Below are positions 10,531-21,031 of a stretch of DNA of 64,000 nucleotides, one piece after another; within the stretch, counting starts at the first letter, position 1, and every line of letters starts with the position of its first letter. A program made the position numbers and the translations under genes. Origin of the DNA: Desulfobacterium sp. (lineage in GTDB: Bacteria > Desulfobacterota > Desulfobacteria > Desulfobacterales > Desulfobacteraceae); contig JAVERV010000005.1 of NCBI GenBank assembly GCA_034006945.1, forward strand, positions 52,244-116,243. Direction: 5' to 3'. Under the pieces are notes generated by a model that worked only from the letters and a program-made list of their open reading frames with translations, was not told where the DNA came from and did no database searches.

Positions 10531-10962
10531 TTAGAGGTTATAGACATCCTCGCCCTTTATGACCTTGATGGTATTCCGGGAGAGGATCTCAATGGCCTTG
10601 TCAATGTTGTCGAATCTGAAGATCATTATGGCGTTTTTACTCTGGGGATTGGCAAATGCATACATATACTCAACATTGATCCCTTCTCTCGTGAGGGGAT
10701 CAAGGACCCGGTTGAGACCACCTGGATTATCTTCTACCTCAACGGCGAGAACATCTGTTTTTCCCACGGTGAATCCCTCATCCTTGAGGACCTTTTCAGC
10801 CTTTTGATTGTCGTTGACAATCAGTCTCAGAATGCCGAAATCAGTCGTGTCGGCAAGGGAAAGTGCCCGGATGTTGACCTTTGCATCCCTCAGGGTTGCG
10901 GTTACTTCCGCAAGGCGTCCCGCCTTGTTTTCAAGAAATATAGATATTTGCTCGGCTCTCAT
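10531..10962 (-). CDS. ACT domain protein (PaaK-associated)
   Basis: [29 protein letters not shown]; directly downstream of paaK. Confidence 0.9.
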   Translation of the reverse strand: MRAEQISIFLENKAGRLAEVTATLRDAKVNIRALSLADTTDFGILRLIVNDNQKAEKVLKDEGFTVGKTDVLAVEVEDNPGGLNRVLDPLTREGINVEYMYAFANPQSKNAIMIFRFDNIDKAIEILSRNTIKVIKGEDVYNL

Positions 10963-10977
10963 ATGAATAGTCTCCTT

Positions 10978-12282
10978 TTATAACTTTCGGTTGTCAATTA
11001 CCCGGACGGCCTTGCCCTGGCTTCGTTCAATGGTTCTTGGTTCAACGAGCCTCACCTTGGCGGAAACCCCCAGGTACTCTTTGATATCGTTGGAAATCTG
11101 GCCTTCCATGATCTGCAGGTTCTTGATCTCATCGGAGAAAATCCGGTCGCTGACCTCGACCCTGACCGTCAGCGTATCAAGGTTGCCGGCCTTATCAACA
11201 ACAAGCTGATAATGGGGCAGAATGTTTTCGTTTTTCATGAGAACGCTTTCGATCTGGGAGGGGAAGACGTTGACTCCCCGGATGATGAGCATATCGTCGG
11301 TCCTGCCCGACACTTTTTTCATGCGAACGTGGGTTCTTCCGCAGATGCACGGTTCCGGATTCAAAGAGGTAATATCCCGGGTTCGGTAACGAATGATGGG
11401 AAAGGCCTCCTTGGTTATGGATGTAAAAACAAGTTCGCCTGTTTCACCGTAGTCAAGTACCTTACCGGTTTCTGGATCGATGATCTCAGGGATAAAGTGA
11501 TCCTCAAAAATATGAAGCCCGTTCTGGGCCTGGATGCACTCGATGCTCACACCCGGTCCCATAATTTCCGAAAGGCCGTAGATATCCATGGCCTTGAGAT
11601 TGAGCTTTGATTCGATCTCATGGCGCATGGCTTCAGACCATGGTTCAGCTCCGAAAATGCCGGCCTTGAAGCTCAGATCCTTGAACAAAATGCCCATCTC
11701 TTCGGCAACCTCTGCAAGGTGAAGAATGTAGGAGGGAGTGCCGGTGAGAATGGTGGGCTTGAAATCTTTCATGATGATTATCTGGCGCTTTGTGTTGCCG
11801 CCAGACACTGGAATGACCGAGGCACCGAGCCGTTCCGCCCCATAGTGGACACCGAGGCCGCCGGTGAACAATCCGTAGCCATAGGAATTGTGGACAATAT
11901 CCTGGCTTGTGGCACCGCCTGCTGCAAGGCACCTTGCCATGAGTTCAGACCAGGTCTCGATATCCCGGCGGGTGTAGCCGACAACCGTGGGGCTGCCTGT
12001 GGTGCCTGAACTTGCATGGATTCGGATTACATTTTCCATGGGAACGGCAAACATGCCATAGGGATAGTTGTCCCTCAGGTCCTGTTTCGTGGTAAAGGGA
12101 AGACGTTCAAGGTCGCCGAGCGTCTTGATATCCGAGGGTGAGATGCCGGCTTTTTTAAAGTTTTCCCGGTAAAAGGGAACCGTGGCATAGACTCTTTCCA
12201 GGGTGGTTTTAAGTCGTGATAGTTGGATGGCCTTAAGGGCCTCCCTTGGCATTGTTTCAAAGTCCATGTTGAAAATCGGCAT
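10978..12282 (-). CDS. paaK: Phenylacetate-CoA ligase family protein
   Basis: [48 protein letters not shown]; start 12282 or 12303. Confidence 0.92.
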   Translation of the reverse strand: MPIFNMDFETMPREALKAIQLSRLKTTLERVYATVPFYRENFKKAGISPSDIKTLGDLERLPFTTKQDLRDNYPYGMFAVPMENVIRIHASSGTTGSPTVVGYTRRDIETWSELMARCLAAGGATSQDIVHNSYGYGLFTGGLGVHYGAERLGASVIPVSGGNTKRQIIIMKDFKPTILTGTPSYILHLAEVAEEMGILFKDLSFKAGIFGAEPWSEAMRHEIESKLNLKAMDIYGLSEIMGPGVSIECIQAQNGLHIFEDHFIPEIIDPETGKVLDYGETGELVFTSITKEAFPIIRYRTRDITSLNPEPCICGRTHVRMKKVSGRTDDMLIIRGVNVFPSQIESVLMKNENILPHYQLVVDKAGNLDTLTVRVEVSDRIFSDEIKNLQIMEGQISNDIKEYLGVSAKVRLVEPRTIERSQGKAVRVIDNRKL

Positions 12283-12329
12283 TAAAAAATTCTCCTGTGG
12301 CATTTATTTATATCTGTACATATGTTTTT

Positions 12330-12466
12330 TATATAAAACTCCCGCCGAGCTGGCCGTCATAAAGGGCGACCGCAAGGGATCGCCCCTACATTGGCCTCGG
12401 CTTATTCTATCGAGTTTCATAGTTTATTGTGGCCAAATGCCATCTCTCGCTCCGGCCTTGCCGGTT
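12330..12466 (-). repeat. Dispersed copy of the modular repeat carrying a GTAG-type REP hairpin
   Basis: Minus strand reads AACCGGCAAGGCCGGAGCGAGAGATGGCATTTGGCCACAATAAACTATGAAACTCG...GTAGGGGCGATCCCTTGCGGTCGCCCT...GGGAGTTTTATATA; the head matches 499-553. Confidence 0.85.
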
Positions 12467-13241
12467 AGAGGAACTCGGCCTTGCGTTTTTCAAGAAAAGC
12501 CTGGGTTCCTTCTTTTGCGTCGGGGCTTGCCATGCAGAGGGCAAAGGCGTTGATCTCAATTTCACACCCTGTTTGAAGGTCGACCGACAGACCGTTCTGA
12601 ATTGATTCCTTGGCCGCCTGAATGCAGACTCGGCCCTTCAGGGCCATGGCTTTGGCCGTTTTCATAACCGTTTCCATGAGGGATTCTGGTGTGCAAACCT
12701 GATTGACCAACCCATAGGTCAGGGCATCTGCTGCGGGAAAGGTCTTGCCGGTAAAGATGAGCTCTTTTGCCCTGTTAGGTCCGACAACCCTTGCCAGGCG
12801 CTGGGTCCCGCCAAACCCTGGAATGATGCCAAGGGTGATTTCCGGAAGTCCAAATACAGCCTTTTCCGAGGCGTAGATAAAGTCGCAGGCAAGGGCAACC
12901 TCGGTGCCTCCGCCCAGGGCAAAACCGTTGACAGCAGCAATCACCGGGATGGGAAGGGCCTCGATGCGGGCAAAGGTCCTGTGACCGAGCCTTGCAAAAC
13001 GCCTGGCCCCGAGGGGGTCAAGTTTTGTAATTTCTGAGATATCGGCTCCCGCAACAAAAGCCTTGTCTCCGGCACCTGTCAACACAAGGGCCCTTATCCC
13101 TTGATCCTTTTCGACAAGGTCAAGCACGGCTCCCATTTCCAGAATCAGTTCATGGTTCAAGGCATTGAGGGCCTTGGGGCGGTTAAAGGTCAAAGTACCA
13201 ATGGTGTCGGAAACGTCAAAACTCAAGTGTTTGAAAGTCAT
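12465..13241 (-). CDS. Enoyl-CoA hydratase (crotonase)
   Basis: NRPKALNAL, AFVAGADI, NGFALGGGTE, PEITLGIIPGFGGTQRL. Confidence 0.93.
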   Translation of the reverse strand: MTFKHLSFDVSDTIGTLTFNRPKALNALNHELILEMGAVLDLVEKDQGIRALVLTGAGDKAFVAGADISEITKLDPLGARRFARLGHRTFARIEALPIPVIAAVNGFALGGGTEVALACDFIYASEKAVFGLPEITLGIIPGFGGTQRLARVVGPNRAKELIFTGKTFPAADALTYGLVNQVCTPESLMETVMKTAKAMALKGRVCIQAAKESIQNGLSVDLQTGCEIEINAFALCMASPDAKEGTQAFLEKRKAEFL

Positions 13242-13352
13242 GATTTACTCCTTTGTTCAGTGATTTAATATTAGGAACTCGGAAACAAATAATTACCCAT
13301 TCTATACTGCATCTCATCCCACTCCCCACTGACTACTATCCCCTACTGGGGA

Positions 13353-15017
13353 TTACTGGGGGTTAGTTTCCCTTATGTACTGTTCTACGCCGTCAATGAT
13401 GGCCTCACAAAGGTGTTCCTGGTAGGCTGGAGTCACAAGGCGCTGGCATTCTGTCCTGTTGCTCAAGAAGGAGGTCTCCACTAGAATGGATGGCATTCTT
13501 GCCCCGAGAAGAACATAGAAGGGTGCCTGTTTTACACCGAGATTTTTAATATTAGAGTATTTTCCCTCAAGACCCGCGCATATGGATTTCTGAACTTTGC
13601 CCGCAAGACGGCTGGATTCGTTGATCTTTGCGTTTTTCATCAAATCGTTGAGAATGGATTCAAGATCGCTGATGTTTTTCCGGCTGGTTGCATTCTCCCT
13701 TGCCGCAACTGCAATGGCCTCGTCGTCCGTGGCAAGGTTAAGAAAATAAGTCTCAATGCCATGGGCTTTCCGGTTTAAAGCTGCATTGCAGTGAAGGGAG
13801 ATAAACAGATCCGCTTTTTTGGTGTTTGCAATGGCCGTTCGCTCTTCAAGGGTCAGGTAGGTGTCAGTTGAGCGTGTAAGGATGACATCGCACCTGAGTC
13901 GATCGCGCATGCGTGCGGCAAGGCGTTTTGATATGGAAAGTACCACATCTTTTTCCCATACGTTTTTGAGATCACCGGGAGCTCCAGGATCCTTGCCCCC
14001 ATGGCCCGGATCTATGACAATTCTGCGAACTCCAAGGGCCAGCTGTTTTGTGATGGCAGAGCTCAGGATATTATTGGTTGTAACAGGGGTCTGGCTCTGG
14101 GATGCAATCTCCTTTCCGTTGCTCTCCTTTGCCCATACGTCGATTACAAGCCTGAAGGGATCGTTGAGGGAGAAGACCTTGTAATTGTCAAAGGCCTTGA
14201 TATCAATTACCACCCGAACCGAATGGGGGGTATACTGGCCGGCCCTTGCCTGAATTAAAAGATCGTCGTTGATGGCCGTGTGTTTGGGTACATCTTTACC
14301 CAGGCGTGAACACTCAAGATCAACGTAGAGACGCTGGGGCATGTTGATCGCAGGATCACGTTTGAGCAAATGATGAATAAAGGGCCTGCTATCCTCTGCA
14401 TCGATCACCACCCTTGTATATTCGGGAGTTGACCAGAATCTGAGACCGGTCACCCGGGTGTCGGTTGTGGGGGAGGAGGGTGGTTCAGCTTCAGGCTTTG
14501 GTAAAGGTTTTGACTTTGGAGCAGGAGAAGAGACAGCTTTTGCAGGTGTACCTTGATCCTTGAACGTCTGCTGTTTAAGCGATGTTTTTTTTCTGAGCCT
14601 GTTTTTTTCAGCATCTTCGGCAGCAATTTCCCTTAAAAGATGGTTCGCCCTCTCCTTATAGGCACTTTGGGGGTAGTGGCCCTGAATTCGGTTGAGAAGA
14701 TCGACCGCTTCGGTTTTGTCACTACTGCGTAGGGATAGTCGGTTGAGCTCAAGGTATAACTGGGCTGTTCTGTACATTCCAGCTGGAGCCCAGGGGCTTT
14801 CGGGAAAGTCTGCGTACACCCTCTGGTAAAGTTCGATGCAGTTGACCCAGGCCTGCCTCGACTTCTGCTTTGCAGGTTCTTTTTTTAATTCCAAAAAAGA
14901 TAAATCTGCACTGCTGTACTGTTGCTGGGCCGTAAGAGAGGCGCAGGAGCAGGGGAGAATCAATCCCAGGAAAACAAACACAAGAAGGGCCGGCAGGGAG
15001 AAACGAAGTTTTTTCAT
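13353..15017 (-). CDS. amiC: N-acetylmuramoyl-L-alanine amidase (TPR-like, AMIN and amidase_3 domains)
   Basis: Signal peptide; AMIN-like RVVID repeats; IDPGHGGKDPGA, FISLHCNA, LVETSF. Confidence 0.9.
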   Translation of the reverse strand: MKKLRFSLPALLVFVFLGLILPCSCASLTAQQQYSSADLSFLELKKEPAKQKSRQAWVNCIELYQRVYADFPESPWAPAGMYRTAQLYLELNRLSLRSSDKTEAVDLLNRIQGHYPQSAYKERANHLLREIAAEDAEKNRLRKKTSLKQQTFKDQGTPAKAVSSPAPKSKPLPKPEAEPPSSPTTDTRVTGLRFWSTPEYTRVVIDAEDSRPFIHHLLKRDPAINMPQRLYVDLECSRLGKDVPKHTAINDDLLIQARAGQYTPHSVRVVIDIKAFDNYKVFSLNDPFRLVIDVWAKESNGKEIASQSQTPVTTNNILSSAITKQLALGVRRIVIDPGHGGKDPGAPGDLKNVWEKDVVLSISKRLAARMRDRLRCDVILTRSTDTYLTLEERTAIANTKKADLFISLHCNAALNRKAHGIETYFLNLATDDEAIAVAARENATSRKNISDLESILNDLMKNAKINESSRLAGKVQKSICAGLEGKYSNIKNLGVKQAPFYVLLGARMPSILVETSFLSNRTECQRLVTPAYQEHLCEAIIDGVEQYIRETNPQ

Positions 15018-15020
15018 GGG

Positions 15021-17756
15021 TTAAATCAATGCCTTTGATCTGATTTTCTGCTTCAGATCATTAACGAAATTCAAGGCATCAATGGGCGTCATGGTTGAGA
15101 TGTCGCTTTCGTCAAGTGCCTTGATGATATCGTCGTGGTCGTTTCTTGCAAAGAGGTCCATCTGCTGCTGTCTGATAGTTGACCTGCCAGTATCGTTTTG
15201 CCCGGCTGATTCCCTCTCCCTTGTCTTGTATCCGGCCTTGGCCTTGTCCTGAGTCATGCCCTGGGTCTGACTCCACGGCTGATCCTCTTGGGGAGGTTGG
15301 GCCTTTTCGGTTGCAGCAAGGATCTGCTTTGCCTTGTTGATCACGGCATCCGGTACACCCGCAAGGCGGGCCACCTGGATTCCATAGCTCTTGTTTGTGC
15401 CTCCCCGGACGAGCCTTCGTAAAAAAATAATGTTGTCGTTGAATTCTTTCACGGCAATGTTGAAGTTCTTGATCCTGGGCTTGAGCTGTTCAAGCTTTGT
15501 CAGCTCATGGTAATGGGTGGCAAAAAGAGTCTTTACCCCCTTGCCGTCAAGGTCGTGGAGGTATGCGGCAACGGCCCAGGCAATACTCATACCGTCAAAG
15601 GTCGAGGTTCCCCTGCCAATCTCGTCGAGGATAACAAGGCTGTTTTCCTTAGCGTTGTTTACAATGTTTGCGGTCTCCTCCATTTCAACCATAAAGGTAC
15701 TCTGGCCAAGGGAGAGGTTGTCAAGGGCTCCTACCCTGGTGAATATTCTATCGATGATGCAGAGATCGGCCCGGGCTGCTGGCACAAATGAACCCATTTG
15801 AGCCATGAGGGAGATAAGGGCTACCTGGCGGAGCACGGTTGACTTTCCGGCCATGTTGGGGCCGGTGATGATCAGAACCTGGTCACTCTTGTTGTCAAGA
15901 TACAGGGAGTTGGGTATGTAGCGCTCGCCCTTGACCATTTTTTCAACAACTGGATGACGGCCCTCCTCGATGTCAAGTACCTGATTCTCGTTTAGCAAGG
16001 GTCTTACGTAGTTATTTTCCTCGGCCGCCGTGGCAAGCCCCATCACCACGTCAACCCCTGCAAGAAAAACTGCCATCTTGAGTATGGACGGGGTTTGCCC
16101 GGAAATGTGTTCCCTTATTCCGCAAAAGAGATCATATTCAAGGGTTGAGCGTCGTTCCTGGGCATTGAGGACTTTAAACTCCATCTCTTTGAGTTCGTCA
16201 GTGATGAATCGTTCCGCATTGACCAGGGTCTGTTTTCTGATGTAGTGGGCGGGCACCTCACGGGCCTGGATTTTAGAGACCTCAATAAAATAGCCGAACA
16301 CCTTGTTGAACTTGATCTTTAACGAGCTTAATCCCGTGGTTTCCTTTTCCTTTGCACCGGTCTTTGCGATCCACGACCGACCGTCTCTGGCAATCTCCAG
16401 GATTTCGTCAAGCTCGACGCTGTAACCGTCACAGATCATGCCTCCGTCGGTTACGGCCAGGGGGGCATCCTCCCTGATCGCCCGGTTAATGAGATCGGCA
16501 AGAGAGGAGAGCTCGGTTAATATCTTTTGTCGGTCTTGGATAAAAGAGCCGTGGAACAGGGGCGCTGAAAGCTGGTCTAATTCCTTGAACAAAATGGGCA
16601 GCTTGTAAAGGGAGCCCTTGAGAGCCGTAAGGTCCCTCGGGTTTGCATGGCCCATGGTGATTTTGCTTGCCAGGCGTTCAAGGTCGTACACATCCTTCAG
16701 GTGATTCCTGATGCTGATGCGAAGACCTGGATTTTCCTTTGCCTGGGCAACGGCATCAAGACGGTCCTGGATTTTGTCAATACTGATAAGGGGGTAACGT
16801 ATCCATGCCTTGAGTAACCGGCCGCCCATGGCAGTTATGGTTTGGTCAACAACGCTGATGAGGCTCCCCTTTTTATCGCTGGTCTGGATGTTTTTCAAAA
16901 GTTCCAGATTTTTGCAGGATCGGTCGTCAATGACGAGATAGGAGTTCAGCTCATACCTCTCAAGGGAGAGGACATGGTCTGTCTCCTGGAGCTGGGTTTC
17001 GTGGACATAGGCAAGAATGGCACCGGCAGCCGCCGTTCCAGCCGTTAGATCCTCACATCCGAAACCCTCAAGGCTTCTTGTGCGAAATTTATCCTTTAAC
17101 CTGTTCCGGGCCGATTCAAACTCAAAGTTGTCATTGCTGACAAAGGATATTTGAATCTGCTCAAAGGCCTGGATCAAAGCCTTGTAGGAGGGGTCCCCTT
17201 TAAACGAGGCCGGCACGAGGATTTCCCGTGCATCGATTCTCAGGGCCTCGTCAATGAGGGCCGAAGGAATTCTGCCATTGGCTGCATGGATCTGGGTCGT
17301 TCTGAACATACCGGTTGATATATCTAGAGAGGCAAGCCCTGCAAACCCCTGACAGACGCACAGGGCGGCAAGGAAGTTGTTGGATTTTTTGTCGAGCAAC
17401 TCTTCGTTCAGAATCATGCCGGGAGTGATCACCCTGACCACCTCTCTTCGGACAAGTCCCTTGGCAGATTTGGGGTCTTCCACCTGCTCGCATATGGCAA
17501 CCTTTAAGCCGTTTTCAATCAGTTTTGCAATGTAGGCGTCTGCTGCCCTATGGGGAATCCCGCACATGGGAATGGGGTTGTCCTGGTTCTTGTTCCTTGA
17601 GGTGAGTGCGATCTCAAGAATAGGGGACGCCTTTATTGCATCATCATGGAACATTTCATAAAAATCCCCCATTCGGTAGAAGAGGATCGCATCTTTATAC
17701 CTCTTTTTTATGGAGAGGTATTGTACCATCATGGGGGTTTCTTTTTTAACGGTCAT
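15021..17756 (-). CDS. mutS: DNA mismatch repair protein MutS
   Basis: TPMMVQY, RMGDFYE, TGPNMAGKST, STFMVEM, DEIGRGT, FATHYHEL. Confidence 0.97.
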   Translation of the reverse strand: MTVKKETPMMVQYLSIKKRYKDAILFYRMGDFYEMFHDDAIKASPILEIALTSRNKNQDNPIPMCGIPHRAADAYIAKLIENGLKVAICEQVEDPKSAKGLVRREVVRVITPGMILNEELLDKKSNNFLAALCVCQGFAGLASLDISTGMFRTTQIHAANGRIPSALIDEALRIDAREILVPASFKGDPSYKALIQAFEQIQISFVSNDNFEFESARNRLKDKFRTRSLEGFGCEDLTAGTAAAGAILAYVHETQLQETDHVLSLERYELNSYLVIDDRSCKNLELLKNIQTSDKKGSLISVVDQTITAMGGRLLKAWIRYPLISIDKIQDRLDAVAQAKENPGLRISIRNHLKDVYDLERLASKITMGHANPRDLTALKGSLYKLPILFKELDQLSAPLFHGSFIQDRQKILTELSSLADLINRAIREDAPLAVTDGGMICDGYSVELDEILEIARDGRSWIAKTGAKEKETTGLSSLKIKFNKVFGYFIEVSKIQAREVPAHYIRKQTLVNAERFITDELKEMEFKVLNAQERRSTLEYDLFCGIREHISGQTPSILKMAVFLAGVDVVMGLATAAEENNYVRPLLNENQVLDIEEGRHPVVEKMVKGERYIPNSLYLDNKSDQVLIITGPNMAGKSTVLRQVALISLMAQMGSFVPAARADLCIIDRIFTRVGALDNLSLGQSTFMVEMEETANIVNNAKENSLVILDEIGRGTSTFDGMSIAWAVAAYLHDLDGKGVKTLFATHYHELTKLEQLKPRIKNFNIAVKEFNDNIIFLRRLVRGGTNKSYGIQVARLAGVPDAVINKAKQILAATEKAQPPQEDQPWSQTQGMTQDKAKAGYKTRERESAGQNDTGRSTIRQQQMDLFARNDHDDIIKALDESDISTMTPIDALNFVNDLKQKIRSKALI

Positions 17757-17774
17757 GGTGGGCAACGCCTGGGA

Positions 17775-18191
17775 TTATGCTCGCTCCTCTTTTTCAATCA
17801 CAATGACACCATCCGCTTCCGTATCAAAATCCTTTTCCAGCTCAACTGTCCCTTGCCGGTTGTAGGGGTCATTCCTGAATTTCTCAAGGTCCTTTTTCAG
17901 TACGGCTATCTTGTCAAGATGGGAATCAATGGTGGAGTTAAGCGCCTTTATGGTTCGGTTGGATCGAAGTTTTAAAGATAAGCCGTAAAACCCTGCCACC
18001 AGAATACCGATCACGAAAAAGATTCCGTAATAAAAAATATTCTGGATACCTGGGGTTGTCCAATGCCAGGTATCAACCCCGAGATTCAAGGACAGGGCCT
18101 GCATGGCAAAGAAATATTCCCGGTTCTGGTAGATGACGAGCCCGGCAAATATCAGTATGATGAATCCCAAAAACAGCTTGATCTTTTTCAT
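17775..18191 (-). CDS. LapA-like membrane protein
   Basis: Two TM segments with QN motif and a coiled-coil tail. Confidence 0.6.
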   Translation of the reverse strand: MKKIKLFLGFIILIFAGLVIYQNREYFFAMQALSLNLGVDTWHWTTPGIQNIFYYGIFFVIGILVAGFYGLSLKLRSNRTIKALNSTIDSHLDKIAVLKKDLEKFRNDPYNRQGTVELEKDFDTEADGVIVIEKEERA

Positions 18192-18290
18192 TAGCAGTCT
18201 CCATTCTATTCATTGTCAGATTTTCAGGTTAAAATGCACTGGGATCATAGATCAATTTTCTATTTTTTTCAATTAATCTTTTTATTCATA

Positions 18291-18851
18291 TTATCCCATG
18301 GGATTGAAAAGTTTCACCACCCCGGGATCAGGTTCACCCATGATCTGCCAGTCGATTTTACTCTCCTTTATCAGGGTTGCAATCTCCATGAGGGAAATGT
18401 GGAGGTGACAGTGTATTCCTGATTTTTTACCTGTGGTGTCGGCAATCCTGCCTATAATTTCGTTTTGTTCAACATCTTTTCCAGGAACAATGGATCCTGG
18501 AACCTTGAGGTGGGAGTACACTGAGACCCCCCTTGAGATGGAGTTAGAATAATGTTCGATAATTACAGATTGACCGAGGAAATCGTCGCAAACGTTAATG
18601 ATCCTCCCTCCTGCCATGGCAGGAATCCTGGTGGTTGTTTCAAGCCATTCAAGATTATTGGATCGATTCATAAAGATACCGATATCAAGGCCTTCGTGGT
18701 TTGCGTGGCGGATGCCGAAATCAGCCCACCACTTTTTCCGGCTCAAAAAAAGCATGCCCTGGTAGAAAACCCACCGGCCAGAATGGGCGACGGGGAGGGT
18801 ATTGATCCGTGCAATGGCGTCAAGATAGGCTGCAATCGGTGGTAACTTCAA
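18291..18851 (-). CDS. M23 family metallopeptidase
   Basis: HEGLD (HxxxD), YSHL, HLH (HxH); TTG start. Confidence 0.75.
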   Translation of the reverse strand: MKLPPIAAYLDAIARINTLPVAHSGRWVFYQGMLFLSRKKWWADFGIRHANHEGLDIGIFMNRSNNLEWLETTTRIPAMAGGRIINVCDDFLGQSVIIEHYSNSISRGVSVYSHLKVPGSIVPGKDVEQNEIIGRIADTTGKKSGIHCHLHISLMEIATLIKESKIDWQIMGEPDPGVVKLFNPMG

Positions 18852-18853
18852 CT

Positions 18854-19048
18854 TTATTCGTATGCCCTTAAAACAATTTTGTGGGCCATGAGATTGATAT
18901 CCTCGATGGTTCCCGCAACCTCCTGACTTTCCCCCAAAAGGCCTCTTAAGAGAAAACGGTTCTCACCGCAGGGAGTTATTGCTGCAACATTTTCCATCAC
19001 AAGGGTCTCTGTCTGGTCGGTTTTGAGATATACGCTTGACTCACACAT
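18854..19048 (-). CDS. cooT: CooT family nickel-binding protein
   Basis: N-terminal MCE, 64 aa, C-terminal NLMAHKIVL; strong SD upstream. Confidence 0.85.
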   Translation of the reverse strand: MCESSVYLKTDQTETLVMENVAAITPCGENRFLLRGLLGESQEVAGTIEDINLMAHKIVLRAYE

Positions 19049-19129
19049 GATCTTCTCCTTTTTTTCAGGTTTGCCTAGGAATCAAATCTATCAGAGGCCG
19101 GCTGTTCGTGTCAAACTCAATAACCGTTC

Positions 19130-19852
19130 TTAGAGACGAACAAGCTCAACCTCACCCCAGGCCCCCAGGGTTTTTCCCTTGATAATGATGATACCGGAAA
19201 CACCGGGAATCTCAACCCCCCGGTTAATTGCCCGTTGGACGTCGGATTCGGTTTGAACAATATTTCCAAGGGCCGTTGCCGCTGCATCGGCAAGGGCGCA
19301 GGAGGTTGAGATCACGGTTACGGCATCTGCCCGTCCAAAGCTCTTTGAGTGACCAAGGGTGCCGGAAGATGTGCAAAGGGCGACAGGTGATTTCCCCGCC
19401 TTGATGCGCACCCCGGTTCCCATGCTCAAGGGTGAATTCCCGGCATAGATCCCAAACACCGCCTCATTGTCAAGCTTCATGAAAATATCCCCTCCGTTTT
19501 CGACGATAACTTCAGAAGAGGCGTTCAGGAGTGCCCTGCCGGTAAACTCGGCAACGGCCCCTGCAACCGCAGCCATGGGTCCCACATTGGCGAGGGCGGC
19601 GGCCCTGATCATCTCCATTATGATGGGGGGTGCGGGAAACCTTTCCCTTAAGGGAACAAGGGAGGTTAAAAACTGAGGGTCAACGGCAAGGTAGGCTTCG
19701 ATCATCTCCCTTGCATGGAGAGCTGCCCGGACAGCCTGTTCGGCGAGATCAGACCGGGCCTGGATGTAAAGATCGGTCTCCTTTACCGTTGCGTTGAACG
19801 AAACAAGGCCGTGTCTTCTTGATTGGGTGCGATAGGTCCGGTTCTGGAACAT
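19130..19852 (-). CDS. UPF0280 (ApbE superfamily) protein
   Basis: ETDL, GPMAAVAGA, ENGGDI, CTSSGTLGHS.SFG.AD, ADAAATA. Confidence 0.88.
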   Translation of the reverse strand: MFQNRTYRTQSRRHGLVSFNATVKETDLYIQARSDLAEQAVRAALHAREMIEAYLAVDPQFLTSLVPLRERFPAPPIIMEMIRAAALANVGPMAAVAGAVAEFTGRALLNASSEVIVENGGDIFMKLDNEAVFGIYAGNSPLSMGTGVRIKAGKSPVALCTSSGTLGHSKSFGRADAVTVISTSCALADAAATALGNIVQTESDVQRAINRGVEIPGVSGIIIIKGKTLGAWGEVELVRL

Positions 19853-19855
19853 CGA

Positions 19856-21022
19856 TTATTTCTCAATGTAGTGGGGTCGCATCGATTCCGGGGCCTGGCG
19901 GATGAAAAAAGAATCGGTCATTCCGGCAATAAAGTCCCTTACAATTTCACCATGGGAATGATTTGACAGGTACTCGTCGGACAGCCCCTCGTAAAAACGA
20001 CAAAGCGGGGTTGACATTGGTCTGCCCGTTTCAAGATCGTTAAGGTAGGATTCAAAGAGATAACGATAGATCTTTTTGACCGGCGTAAGGTGCTGCTTGA
20101 TCTCGGGATTTGAATAGACCCTCGTGTAGTTGAACGCCTTTAACTGCCTCAAGGCTTCGGACACATCCTGGGTAAACGTTAGAAAGGGCTGCCCATGGCT
20201 ATTTGAAATAAGATCGGTGGTAAGGTTGTACACAATGGTGCCGTTGGTAGTTCCAAGCAACCTTTGAGAGATTTGCGGCAGATCCGATCTTTTGATCAGG
20301 CTGAGACGTACTGCATCTTCCATATCCCTGCCCACATAGGCAATGGTATCGGCAATTCTTACAACGCACCCCTCAAGGGTCATGGGTATGGGATCGGGAT
20401 CTGTAAGGGCCTTCATCTCTACCAGGGATCGGTCAAATTCAGAAAAATTTTTTGTACGTTCGGGTTTCAGGTCTGTTGAGTGAACTTCACCGTTGTGGCA
20501 AAGAATAGCATCAAGGGTCTGGAGGGTTAGATTCCAGCCTTTTGTGCTGCGTTCAAGCCGCTCAAGAAACTGGATGCTCTGCAGGTTGTGGTGAAAGAAA
20601 CCTGCCCCGTTTTCAAAGCATAATTCGGAGAGGATCCGTTCTCCGTCATGGCCAAAGGGAGGGTGGCCAAGGTCGTGGCCAAGGCTTGCCGCCTCAATCA
20701 GGTCTTCGTTAAGGCCGAGGAACCGGCCGATGGTTCGTGCTATTCTTGACACCAGCTGAACATGGAGGACCCTGTGGGTGATATGGTCGTTTTGGATAAG
20801 GGAAAAAACCTGGGTCTTGTCAATATAGCGGGTGTAGGCAAGGGAGTTGAGTATGCGATCAGCATCAAGGCTGAACGCCTGACGATAGCACTCATTTTCT
20901 CGTCGTTCCGACGACCTTCGCAGGGCATCCTGACTGAAAGAGGCCAGGGGGGATAAAAACTTCCTTTCTCGCTGGTCAAGAAGATCCTTCATCCACCCCA
21001 GGTTTGTGCGTGTAGTTTTCAA
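19856..21022 (-). CDS. HD-domain dGTPase-like protein
   Basis: DKTQVF, THRVLH, GHDLGHPPFGH.GE, AD.IAY..D, DFIAGMTD. Confidence 0.9.
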   Translation of the reverse strand: MKTTRTNLGWMKDLLDQRERKFLSPLASFSQDALRRSSERRENECYRQAFSLDADRILNSLAYTRYIDKTQVFSLIQNDHITHRVLHVQLVSRIARTIGRFLGLNEDLIEAASLGHDLGHPPFGHDGERILSELCFENGAGFFHHNLQSIQFLERLERSTKGWNLTLQTLDAILCHNGEVHSTDLKPERTKNFSEFDRSLVEMKALTDPDPIPMTLEGCVVRIADTIAYVGRDMEDAVRLSLIKRSDLPQISQRLLGTTNGTIVYNLTTDLISNSHGQPFLTFTQDVSEALRQLKAFNYTRVYSNPEIKQHLTPVKKIYRYLFESYLNDLETGRPMSTPLCRFYEGLSDEYLSNHSHGEIVRDFIAGMTDSFFIRQAPESMRPHYIEK

Positions 21023-21031
21023 TCAGCCTCG

